Positions 28,211 to 36,816 of a DNA stretch of 47,836 bases are shown piece by piece. The position numbers were made by a program, and so were the translations under genes. Origin of the DNA: an uncultured Oscillospiraceae bacterium. Its GTDB lineage: Bacteria; Bacillota; Clostridia; Oscillospirales; Oscillospiraceae. The notes below the pieces were generated by a model, which saw only the letters and a program-made list of their open reading frames with translations, ran no database searches and was not told where the DNA came from. The stretch spans positions 1 to 47,836 of the forward strand of contig CAAELC010000147.1 in NCBI GenBank assembly GCA_900756715.1, in the 5' to 3' direction. The first letter of the stretch is position 1, and each line of letters starts with the position of its first letter.

Positions 28211-28937
28211 CCCAGATCACCTCGCTTTTCAGCAGCACCGGGCCGTCTTTACAGATGCGCTTTGGCCCGTATTTCGTCTTGCAGGAGCAGCCCATGCAGG
28301 CGCCGAAGCCGCAGCCCATTCGTTCTTCAAAGGAAAGCTCTCCTTCGCCGTGGGTGGCGCTGTACACCGCCCGCAGCATAGGCTCCGGGCCGCAGGCGTA
28401 GAAATAGCTGTATTCCGCCGGAAGTACATCGGTGGCAAAGCCGCGCCTGCCCAGAGTGCCGTCTACCGTGGCGACAGACACCTGAGCGCCCAGTGCCTGA
28501 AGCTCCTGCACCAGCACAGCATCCCCCGCGGAGGCAAAGCCCAGCGCCACGGATACGGGCTTTCCCTGCTCCCGCAGCACCCGGCAGAGCATGTACAGTG
28601 GCGCGGTGCCGATGCCTCCGCCGATGAGCAGCGGAGCATCCCCCGCGCGGGACACATCGAATCCGTTTCCAAGACCGGTGAGCGTGTCGATGGCCGAACC
28701 GGACGGCATTTCGGACAGCTGCTTCGTGCCTTTGCCGACAACCTTATACAGCAGCGTGACCACGCCGCCGGATGCATCGCTGACGGAGATGGGGCGGCGC
28801 AGAAACAGGCCGTCTATCCGCAGGTTTACGAACTGGCCGGGGGCGGTGATGGCAGAGCTGTCCCCGGAGAGGCGCAGCCGGTAGGTATCGCGGCCCACCG
28901 GTTCGTTGGTGAGCACGGTGTAATTGGTTTGCTTCAT
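28200..28937 (-). CDS. pyrK: Dihydroorotate dehydrogenase electron transfer subunit
   Basis: PGQFV, LRRPIS, GGGIGTAP, ACGP, EERMGCGFGACMGC...CKDGPV; ATG after GGAGG. Confidence 0.95.
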   Translation of the reverse strand: MKQTNYTVLTNEPVGRDTYRLRLSGDSSAITAPGQFVNLRIDGLFLRRPISVSDASGGVVTLLYKVVGKGTKQLSEMPSGSAIDTLTGLGNGFDVSRAGDAPLLIGGGIGTAPLYMLCRVLREQGKPVSVALGFASAGDAVLVQELQALGAQVSVATVDGTLGRRGFATDVLPAEYSYFYACGPEPMLRAVYSATHGEGELSFEERMGCGFGACMGCSCKTKYGPKRICKDGPVLLKSEVIWDAE

Positions 28938-30178
28938 TTCCGTTCCTCCTGTCCTTCGCCGGGACACACAAGCTTTCCGCCGCACACCGTGGCAAGATGC
29001 CGGGCATGGACGGGGAAACCTGCAAAGGGCGTGGCCCGCCCCATGGAGCGGAAGCGCTCCGGCCGGACGGTATCGTCCACACCAAGGGCAAAAACGGTCC
29101 AGCTGTCCCCATTGTCTATGGAAAATCTGCGGGCGGGGGCAAGGCTCATTTTTTCAACCAGCATTTCCAGAGACAGAATCCCTTTTTCCACAAGACCGGT
29201 GTAGAGCACCGGAAAAGCACATTCCAGACCCACCACCCCCATCAGGCTCTTTTCAAGCCCCTGACTTTTTTCCTGGGTGCTGTGGGGGGCGTGGTCGGTG
29301 GCGATCATGTCCACCGTTCCGTCCAGTAGCCCCTCCAGCAGCGCGTCCCGGTCTTCCGGAGAGCGGAGTGGGGGATTCATCTTGAAACGGCCATCCTCCT
29401 GCAGGTCTTCATCGCACAGCAGCAAATAATGGGGGCCGGTTTCGCAGGTTACATGCAGGCCGCTTTTCTTGGCCTGACGAATCAGCTCCACGCTCTCCTT
29501 GGTGGAGATGTGGCACACATGATACGCACAGCCGGTCTTGGCGCACAGCTCCAGATCCCGGGCGATGGGCCCCCACTCGGATTGGCTGCAAATGCCGCGG
29601 TGACCGTGGGCGCGGGCGTAAGCCCCGTCGTGGATATAACCGCCGTGAAGCAGGGTGTTGTCCTCGCAGTGGGCCGAGATGATTTTTCCCAGATCCCGGG
29701 CCTGCTCCATGGCCTGCTGCATCACCTGGCTGGACTGCACGCCCCGGCCGTCATCGGAAAATCCGGCTACAAAGGGGGCCATGGCCTCCAGATCCGCTAA
29801 CCGCTCCCCTTTTTCACCCACGGTGATGGCGCCGAAGGGCAGAACCGGGATGCAGGCAGTGCGGCGGATGGCATCCAGCTGCACCTGCAGATGCTCCAGC
29901 GAGTCGGGAACCGGGTTCAGGTTAGGCATGGAGCACACTGCCGTGTAGCCGCCCGCAGCGGCCGCCGCCGTGCCGGAGGCAATGGTCTCCTTATAAGAAA
30001 AACCCGGCTCACGAAGATGTACATGCACATCTACGAAACCGGGTAAAATATAAACAGAAGCACCATTGGGAACTTCGGAAAACACTTCTCCTGCAATTGC
30101 AATGGGGAAATCCATACGGTTTTTGGAAACAAAATGCCCGTCCTGATAGACATACGCATTTTCCAGCAAACGCTTCAT
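28934..30178 (-). CDS. pyrC: Dihydroorotase
   Basis: PGFVDVHVHLREPG, MPNLNP, KMNPPLR, ATDHAPH. Confidence 0.96.
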   Translation of the reverse strand: MKRLLENAYVYQDGHFVSKNRMDFPIAIAGEVFSEVPNGASVYILPGFVDVHVHLREPGFSYKETIASGTAAAAAGGYTAVCSMPNLNPVPDSLEHLQVQLDAIRRTACIPVLPFGAITVGEKGERLADLEAMAPFVAGFSDDGRGVQSSQVMQQAMEQARDLGKIISAHCEDNTLLHGGYIHDGAYARAHGHRGICSQSEWGPIARDLELCAKTGCAYHVCHISTKESVELIRQAKKSGLHVTCETGPHYLLLCDEDLQEDGRFKMNPPLRSPEDRDALLEGLLDGTVDMIATDHAPHSTQEKSQGLEKSLMGVVGLECAFPVLYTGLVEKGILSLEMLVEKMSLAPARRFSIDNGDSWTVFALGVDDTVRPERFRSMGRATPFAGFPVHARHLATVCGGKLVCPGEGQEERK

Positions 30179-30209
30179 CTCAGCACCTCCGCTACCGCAC
30201 ATTTTTTTG

Positions 30210-30239
30210 AGATTACCACAACAGGTGTACCTTTGTCAA
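30210..30239 (-). promoter_or_regulatory. Putative pyr operon promoter
   Basis: TTGACA-18-TAATCT with TG extension, about 30 nt before the pyrC ATG. Confidence 0.5.
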
Positions 30240-30444
30240 GTTCTTTCCCCGCCATTTTTGCAATTCCGTCACCCTGCCCAAATCGCCGTGCAGCAGAGAT
30301 GAATTTGTTGGCGCGTGAAGGCGGCCCGCAGTAGCGTATCACTGCCGCGGGCCGCGTTGAAATGCTGCAAGTCCGCCTGTTATGCGCCGTTGCTTTCCTG
30401 CCGCCCGGCGGCACAAAAGGCCCATCGGGCCCGCGCTGCGGGGC

Positions 30445-31374
30445 TTATTCCTCCGGCGGTTCCAGCCCGAATTCCTCCGGACGGAAGCGGGGGCATACAT
30501 TTTCAAGGGTGCAGATGGTAGCGGCGGCCAGCCGGGCGCCGATGGCGCAGGCATCGGCAATCCCTTTTCCATAGGTCAGGCCGATGGTTACGCCGGCGAA
30601 AAATGCATCCCCGGCGCCGGTGGTATCCTTCACCTCTACCGGGCAGGCCGGGCATATGCCGGTGCTGCCGTCCTCCCCTGCCCAGACGGCTCCCTGCTCT
30701 CCCATAGTGACCACCAGAAGGGGGATGCGGGCGCTTTTTACCCGCCGGGGAAGAATGGCGGACAGCTCTGCCGGGGAACAGGCGCTGAAATCATCGGAAA
30801 ACAGAATACCGGCCTCCTGCTGGTTGCAGACAAAACAGCTTGTCCGCTGGAGCAGATCGCGGCGCTCCACGGCAATGCCCATGTTGGAAACCACGGCAAA
30901 CACGGGTTTATCGTATTTTTCCGCATAGAAAAAGACGCGCTTTAAAATCTCTTTGTCCATGTCAATCTCCACAGCAATGCTGTGGGCGCGGGAGAAAATC
31001 TCGTCCCCTTGGTTATCCAGCAGGGTTTTCAGCGGGGTCAGATCGGGCCGCTTGCTGATAGAGGCGCACACATCGCCGGAGTTATCAAAAACGGCAAGCC
31101 ATGTACCCATGCCGTCAGGCACAGCACGGACATAGTCGGTATTTACCTTATGGCGGCGCAGCTGCTCCACCACATCGGCCCCCGTGCCGGTGTCGTCCAC
31201 CAGACTGACAAAGGTGGGGCGAAGCTCCACATTGGCAATATCCTCCACCACATTGCGGGATACACCGCCTGCTACCTGCTCCACTCGCCCAACATTGCGC
31301 CCGCCGGGAATATATTTAGCCAACGGATACCCCTTAATATCCACAAACACGGCACCAAGCACCACGATTCCCAT
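30445..31374 (-). CDS. PfkB/ribokinase-family kinase (pseudouridine kinase-like)
   Basis: VVLGAVFVD, GGVSRN, CNQQEA, VTMGEQG, DTTGAGDAF. Confidence 0.85.
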   Translation of the reverse strand: MGIVVLGAVFVDIKGYPLAKYIPGGRNVGRVEQVAGGVSRNVVEDIANVELRPTFVSLVDDTGTGADVVEQLRRHKVNTDYVRAVPDGMGTWLAVFDNSGDVCASISKRPDLTPLKTLLDNQGDEIFSRAHSIAVEIDMDKEILKRVFFYAEKYDKPVFAVVSNMGIAVERRDLLQRTSCFVCNQQEAGILFSDDFSACSPAELSAILPRRVKSARIPLLVVTMGEQGAVWAGEDGSTGICPACPVEVKDTTGAGDAFFAGVTIGLTYGKGIADACAIGARLAAATICTLENVCPRFRPEEFGLEPPEE

Positions 31375-31410
31375 TGTTTGTCCCACCTTTTCTTTTTTTC
31401 CGGTTCATAC

Positions 31411-31479
31411 ATTATAGATAAGAAAAGACCGTCTGTCAACGGATGGCCGGTTGACGGGCGGCGGGGGGCGTGATACAAT
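31411..31479. promoter_or_regulatory. Back-to-back sigma-A promoters (PfkB kinase / racemase)
   Basis: Minus TTGACA-17-TATAAT (31439-31411, perfect consensus); plus TTGACG-17-TACAAT (31451-31479). Confidence 0.75.
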
Positions 31480-31516
31480 ACCTACCAAGTCAATGGATTT
31501 TGGGAGGAGACGGGAC

Positions 31517-32179
31517 ATGGAACGAAAGGTGGCCGTGATGGCAGGCACGCCGGTGGACACGGAAATGGGAATGGAGTATCTGCGGAAAAAGGATGGAACG
31601 CTGGCGCTTCTGCCGCTGGCGGTGACACCTACTCCCCACCAGACCCACGCCTTTCAGCTGTCGGATACGGAGAACAAGCGCCGGTATCTGACAAAACTGT
31701 TTGAGCAGGCCGAGAAAGAGGGCGTTCGGGATTTTTTCATTTACTGTAATTCCCTGTGCGGCGCCTTTGATTTTGAAAGCTTTGCCCGCGAGCGCGGCGT
31801 GCGGGTTTACTCGCCCATGCAGGCCTATCGGGACATTGGGCGGCAGTTCAGCCGCTTTGCTGTGATTGCGGCCAACAATCAGTCCACGGCGGGCATCGAA
31901 CGGAGCCTTTCCGTCCACAATCCCACGCTGGATGTGCTGGGGCTGGGTATTCTGCCGCTGGTGGATGCGGTGGAGCAGCGGCTTGCGCCGGAGGAAATTG
32001 TCCGGCGTTTCGCGCTGGCGGAACTGGCAGATTTTTTCCGGCGGAACGGGGCTGAGTGCCTGATTCTGGGATGCACCCATTTTCCCTATTTCCGGCAGGC
32101 GCTGGAGCAGTGCACCGATCTGCCGCTGATTGACCCGGCAGACCGGATGTATGAGCGGCTGGTGGAAATGTTGGGCTGA
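31517..32179 (+). CDS. Aspartate/glutamate racemase-family protein
   Basis: Two catalytic Cys motifs IYCNS and ILGCTHFP; ATG after GGAGG. Confidence 0.82.
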   Translation: MERKVAVMAGTPVDTEMGMEYLRKKDGTLALLPLAVTPTPHQTHAFQLSDTENKRRYLTKLFEQAEKEGVRDFFIYCNSLCGAFDFESFARERGVRVYSPMQAYRDIGRQFSRFAVIAANNQSTAGIERSLSVHNPTLDVLGLGILPLVDAVEQRLAPEEIVRRFALAELADFFRRNGAECLILGCTHFPYFRQALEQCTDLPLIDPADRMYERLVEMLG

Positions 32180-32277
32180 AGGAGTGCCCGATACAGTAAA
32201 ATATAAAAATCAGGCACCCCGGCCATGTGGCCGGGGCGCCTTCTGCGCCGCGCAGGCCGCTTTGGCGACGGCATATA

Positions 32278-32306
32278 TTGACAAGAATGCGCAAATTTGG
32301 TAGAAT
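32278..32306 (+). promoter_or_regulatory. Sigma-A promoter of the cobalamin-regulated operon
   Basis: TTGACA-17-TAGAAT with TG extension. Confidence 0.75.
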
Positions 32307-32335
32307 CTGATTGTATGATTTTGGAAATTTTCACA

Positions 32336-32514
32336 TGCAAGTGCCTGCGCTTTCTGCAAGGAAGGGGTGGGAGAATAGAGAACCGGGTGAGATTCCCGGA
32401 CGGTACCGCCGCTGTATGCGCAGAGGCTGCTGCACATGGGGAAACCCCGCCATTGGGAAACTGAGAAGGCGCGTGCAGGGGCTGATGACGCGCGAGTCAG
32501 AAGACCTGCTTGCA
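32336..32514 (+). ncRNA. Cobalamin (B12) riboswitch
   Basis: P1 TGCAAG/CTTGCA; AATAGAGAA-CCGGGTGAGATTCCCGG-ACGG..CCGCCGCTGT; GCCATTGGGAAACTGAGAAGGC; B12 box AGTCAGAAGACCTGC. Confidence 0.93.
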
Positions 32515-32571
32515 CCATGCACTGACTTTGCGTTCGGCTCAAGCGCGCAGGTGCCATTTTGCATACGCAGA

Positions 32572-32613
32572 AAAACGGCTGCGGCAATCTTAATGGGTTG
32601 CCGCAGCCGTTTT
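32572..32613 (+). terminator. Riboswitch expression-platform terminator
   Basis: AAAACGGCTGCGGCAA / TTGCCGCAGCCGTTTT between aptamer and first ATG. Confidence 0.8.
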
Positions 32614-32639
32614 GTCATTTCAGGAAAGAGGGAAAAAGC

Positions 32640-34721
32640 ATGAAGCTGAGGAAGAAAGGACGGGTGATCCTGCCGCTGCTGCTGGCGGCGCTGCTGGCCA
32701 TCGGGTATCTGGGACTGAAAACGGCAGAGCCGGCTGACCCGACACGGCAGCAGGCGGACGCCTCACGGATGCTGACGGGAAACCAGCTGGCGGAGGAGGC
32801 TGCGCAGGGCTCCGGCGAGGCCGCGACGCTTTATTACAGCGCGGGCAGCAGCGAAACACTCCTGCAGGCGGAGCGTCGGACGGAGCCGGACAGCGGGGAA
32901 ACGCAGGAGCATGATGGCCAAAGCACGGACTCGGGCGGCGAAGGCGGCGGAAATGCAGCAACAGACAATTCCACGACCGGAGCCGGGCAGACCGAAGCGG
33001 AACAACCCGGCGATCAACCCGGCGGCGAGATGCCGCTGCCCAGCGGAGGCGGTGCAGGCAAGGCGTGGTTCAAGACCAGTATTACCGACGGTGAGACGGT
33101 GGACGCCGCAGACTACGCCTTTGTGCTGACCCATCTGGACAGAACGGTGACGCCCCGCGGCATTCAGGTCAGCTGCAACGGCGAGAGCATTACCTGCCCG
33201 GCGGCGGAAAGCCGGTTTACCGTCGCACTGACACAGGGAGAAAACCGCATCCGGGTTACGGTGCTTTACAAGGGCGGCGAGGGGGAGTTTTACGCCTCAT
33301 GCACATACCGTGTATATTATGCGCCGGGCGGCGCGCTGGTGCTGGTGACAGACCTGACAAATTGCACCGTGCAGGAGGAGAATCTCGCCTTTCAGGCATA
33401 TGGGATGAAAGACGGGCGACGCATGGCTGCGGCTGTTACGGTGAATGGGCAGGTGCTGTCCGCCGGGGCGAACGGGTATCACGCCGTGCTTGTGCCGGGG
33501 AGCAACACCATTGTGATTACCACCGGCGGGCGGGGTGAGAGCATCACCCAGACCTACACGGTGGTTTATCGGACCGAGCAGTTTTACATCCGGACCAGCC
33601 TTTCAGACACCGAGATTACGGCGGCCCGATTCGCAGAAACGGTGACCTGCCGGGGAGCGGAGCCGTCCTGCCGCTTCTGGGTGCGGGTTTATGGCCCGGC
33701 GTCCGGGCAGCAGAAGCTGCTGCGCGTGTGGACATCGGACGGCAGCGGGCGGCATACGCTGACACCGGACGGCGAGGGATATTACCGCGTGACGCTGAAT
33801 GCCCGGCAGGCGGTAACAGTAACGCTGGAATACAGCGACGAGCAGGGGCAGTCTTACAGCTTCCGATATGAGGTGCGCTATCAGCGGCCGGCAGAAGCCA
33901 CAGATGCCGCGCATGAACCGGGCGTCGGTGTTACGGTGCAGATCGGCAGCACAAACCGGGATCTGGTGGACGGAATGTCCTTCCGCACCGATCAGATCAT
34001 TCTCAATGTAACACCCACCAGCTACGCCGGAGAGCAGCTGAACCCAAGCTGCATTACCGTGCAGTACAATGACACGGTGAAGACCCGGCGGGACTACATC
34101 AACGGAAACGCGTCGGGCTATGATGTGCAGCTGCAGGAGGGCACCAACCGTGTGGCGGTGACCGTGACGGATTATGATGGGTATACGGTTACGCGGGAAT
34201 ACACCCTGTATTATGCCCGGGGTCAGATCACAGTGACCGTGTCGGTGGAGGCCACCACGGTGGGTCTGGGTACGCTGATTGCCCCCACCCGGGTCACGGT
34301 GGACGGCGGCACCAATATTGAACAGATTATAACCGGGCTGCTGGAGCAGAACGGATATTCCTATACCAGCTCCGGCACCACCGGGTTTTATCTGTCAAGC
34401 ATCCGGGGGCCGGGCATCTCGGATGGCTATCATATTCCGGAGGACCTGCTGCAGGCCATGCAGGAGGACGGAATGGATCTGGGAGACGGAAAGCCGGTCA
34501 GCAGTGACAGCCTGGGAGAATTTGATTTTTTCCGTTGGTCCGGATGGATGTATTCGGTGAACGGAGAATATCCGGGCTTGAGCGTGTCAAATTTCCACCC
34601 GGAGGATGGCGCGGTGATTCGTGTGCGCTATACACTGGCTCTGGGCAAGGATATAGGCGGGTACGATCCGTCCGGCGGCGCTTATGGAAACGGAAACAGC
34701 AACTACAGCAAAGAATGGTGA
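32640..34721 (+). CDS. Membrane-anchored multi-beta-sandwich protein with C-terminal DUF4430 (transcobalamin-like) domain
   Basis: N-terminal basic + TM; repeated L..G.N.I.VT modules; C-terminal YLSSI...LGEFD...SGWMYSVNG..P..........DGAVIRVRYT. Confidence 0.8.
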   Translation: MKLRKKGRVILPLLLAALLAIGYLGLKTAEPADPTRQQADASRMLTGNQLAEEAAQGSGEAATLYYSAGSSETLLQAERRTEPDSGETQEHDGQSTDSGGEGGGNAATDNSTTGAGQTEAEQPGDQPGGEMPLPSGGGAGKAWFKTSITDGETVDAADYAFVLTHLDRTVTPRGIQVSCNGESITCPAAESRFTVALTQGENRIRVTVLYKGGEGEFYASCTYRVYYAPGGALVLVTDLTNCTVQEENLAFQAYGMKDGRRMAAAVTVNGQVLSAGANGYHAVLVPGSNTIVITTGGRGESITQTYTVVYRTEQFYIRTSLSDTEITAARFAETVTCRGAEPSCRFWVRVYGPASGQQKLLRVWTSDGSGRHTLTPDGEGYYRVTLNARQAVTVTLEYSDEQGQSYSFRYEVRYQRPAEATDAAHEPGVGVTVQIGSTNRDLVDGMSFRTDQIILNVTPTSYAGEQLNPSCITVQYNDTVKTRRDYINGNASGYDVQLQEGTNRVAVTVTDYDGYTVTREYTLYYARGQITVTVSVEATTVGLGTLIAPTRVTVDGGTNIEQIITGLLEQNGYSYTSSGTTGFYLSSIRGPGISDGYHIPEDLLQAMQEDGMDLGDGKPVSSDSLGEFDFFRWSGWMYSVNGEYPGLSVSNFHPEDGAVIRVRYTLALGKDIGGYDPSGGAYGNGNSNYSKEW

Positions 34722-34736
34722 AAAAAGGAGCAGAGA

Positions 34737-35669
34737 ATGGAAGAAAGATCACAGCAGATGATACAGGAAGTCGGACAGGTTATCATGGGCAAGCAGGATG
34801 TGGTGGAGAAAATCTGGCGCACGATTCTGGCCGGCGGCCATGTGCTTTTGAACGATGTGCCCGGCGTTGGAAAAACCACGCTGGCACTGGCCTTCAGCCG
34901 GGCGCTGGGGCTGGAGTACCGGCGCGTGCAGTTTACGCCGGATGTGGTGCCCTCGGACATCACAGGATTTACCGTGCTGGACCGGGAGACGGGAAAGTTT
35001 ACCTACCAGCCGGGGGCTGTGATGTGTAATCTCCTGCTGGCAGATGAAATCAACCGTACCTCCAGCAAGACACAATCCGCTCTGCTGGAGGCCATGGAGG
35101 AGCGTCAGGTCACCGTGGACGGTGTCAGCCATCCGCTGCCGGCGCCCTTCCTTGTCATCGCCACCCAGAACCCCATTGGCTCGGCGGGTACGCAGCCGCT
35201 TCCGGCGGCGCAGCTGGACCGGTTTATGATCTGCACGGAAATGGGCTATCCCGATGTGGAGAGCCAGATTGAAATTCTGCGCAGCCGCCAGACGGAGGAC
35301 CCTCTTTCCGCCGTGCAGGTGGTTATGACGGCGGAGGAACTGCAGGCCATAAAAGATGAGGTGGCGCAGATTCATGTGGCGGAGCCGGTGCTGCGATACA
35401 TGGCGGAACTGGCCAAAGCCAGCCGGGAGCACGAGCTGGTGCGGCTGGGAATCAGTCCGCGCGGGGTTCTGGCCCTGAACCGGGTAGCCAAGGCACAGGC
35501 TTATATGCAGGGCCGGGACTATGTGATTCCGGAGGATGTGGAGACGGTGTTTGTGGATGTCTGTGCGCACCGGCTGGTGCTTCATGCCAAGGCGCGAATT
35601 TCGGAAACCGGCGAAGCCGATGTGCTGCGGCAGCTTCTGGCTGCGGTGTCTCACCCGGACAAGTTCTGA
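34737..35669 (+). CDS. MoxR-family AAA+ ATPase
   Basis: GGHVLL.DVPGVGKT, RVQFTPDVVPSDITG, LLADEINR, TQSALLEAMEE, ATQNP, LDRF. Confidence 0.95.
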   Translation: MEERSQQMIQEVGQVIMGKQDVVEKIWRTILAGGHVLLNDVPGVGKTTLALAFSRALGLEYRRVQFTPDVVPSDITGFTVLDRETGKFTYQPGAVMCNLLLADEINRTSSKTQSALLEAMEERQVTVDGVSHPLPAPFLVIATQNPIGSAGTQPLPAAQLDRFMICTEMGYPDVESQIEILRSRQTEDPLSAVQVVMTAEELQAIKDEVAQIHVAEPVLRYMAELAKASREHELVRLGISPRGVLALNRVAKAQAYMQGRDYVIPEDVETVFVDVCAHRLVLHAKARISETGEADVLRQLLAAVSHPDKF

Positions 35670-35677
35670 GGGCGGCA

Positions 35678-36814
35678 ATGAAACAGAGATTTTTATGGCC
35701 TGCGCTGCTGCTGGCGGTGGGGCTGCTGTGGCTGGCGGGTGCCGGCAGCGGCGTTCTGTGGCTGGCGGCGCTGTGGCTGGTGCTGCTGCTGCCGCTGGGC
35801 TGGTGGCATTTGCGGTGTCTGCCGGGGCTGCAGGTGCAGGTGCGGACCGAAAGCACGGCCAGCCCGTCACAGCCGGTGGAGGTTATACTGGAGGTCCGCA
35901 ACCAGGGGCGGCTGCCCTGCCTGCGGGCGACGGCCCGTGTGCGTGTGGAAAACTGCCTGACGGGAGAAATCAGCTGCAAGGAATTGCCCTTTGCGGTGCT
36001 GGGGCGGAAGCAGGAGAAGGTGCGCTTTTCCCTTTCTTCTGCCCACTGCGGGCGGCTGCATCTATGGGTGGAGGAGCTGCGGGTAAGCGGCTGCCTCGGC
36101 TTTTTACAGAAAAAGAAGCGAGCCGGACAGGAGGCGTGGCTGCTGGTGGTGCCGGACACCTTTCCGGTGGAGACGGCGCTATCCGACCGGTCCCGGTGGG
36201 ATATGGAGAGCGATGAATACTCCGCCCTGCGGCCCGGCAGCGATCCCAGCGAGACATTTGGCCTGCGGGAATATGTGCCGGGAGACAGCCTGAAAAACAT
36301 GCACTGGAAGCTGTCGGAAAAGCTGGGGGTGCCTATGGTACGCCAGCCGGGACTTCCGATCAGCAATTCCCTTGCACTGCTGCTGGACACAGGCTGTGCA
36401 GCGGAGGAAGCTCCTGCGCCGCCGGTGATGGAGGGACTGGTGACGGCCCTTTTGTCCGTGGCGCAGACGCTGGCGGAGCAGCAGATCCCCTTTCATCTGA
36501 TTTGGAGCGGAAAGGAATGCACCCGGTGTGCCCCGGTGGAAGATATGGAGGATTTGCTGGCGCTGATGCCGCAGATTCTCAGCTGCGGCGCGCTGCCGGG
36601 AGCAGATATGCTGGTGGGCCGCTACAGGGCGGAACGAGGAGACTTTCCCTTTGCCCGGGCGCTGGTATTTGCCCTGCGGCCTGCGCGGGAGGCGGATACG
36701 GAGGAAACGGCCTTTACCCTGCTATGCTGCGCGGAAAAAGGCACTTTGCCTGACGGAGTGGTGGGCTTTACCCCGGAGGACGCGCCGGAGCGCCTGCGGT
36801 ATGTGGAGGTGTAG
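35678..36814 (+). CDS. DUF58-domain membrane protein
   Basis: N-terminal TM pair, LREYVPGDSLKNMHWKLS, LLLDTG; follows moxR. Confidence 0.88.
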   Translation: MKQRFLWPALLLAVGLLWLAGAGSGVLWLAALWLVLLLPLGWWHLRCLPGLQVQVRTESTASPSQPVEVILEVRNQGRLPCLRATARVRVENCLTGEISCKELPFAVLGRKQEKVRFSLSSAHCGRLHLWVEELRVSGCLGFLQKKKRAGQEAWLLVVPDTFPVETALSDRSRWDMESDEYSALRPGSDPSETFGLREYVPGDSLKNMHWKLSEKLGVPMVRQPGLPISNSLALLLDTGCAAEEAPAPPVMEGLVTALLSVAQTLAEQQIPFHLIWSGKECTRCAPVEDMEDLLALMPQILSCGALPGADMLVGRYRAERGDFPFARALVFALRPAREADTEETAFTLLCCAEKGTLPDGVVGFTPEDAPERLRYVEV

Positions 36815-36816
36815 CC

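Noticed and set aside
30321..30355. GC hairpin as a possible PyrR attenuator
   Set aside because: No PyrR-binding loop consensus, and it lies upstream of the predicted pyr promoter; more likely the 3' structure of the kinase mRNA
32210..32643. Short ORFs over the operon leader
   Set aside because: Region is explained by the promoter, cobalamin riboswitch and terminator
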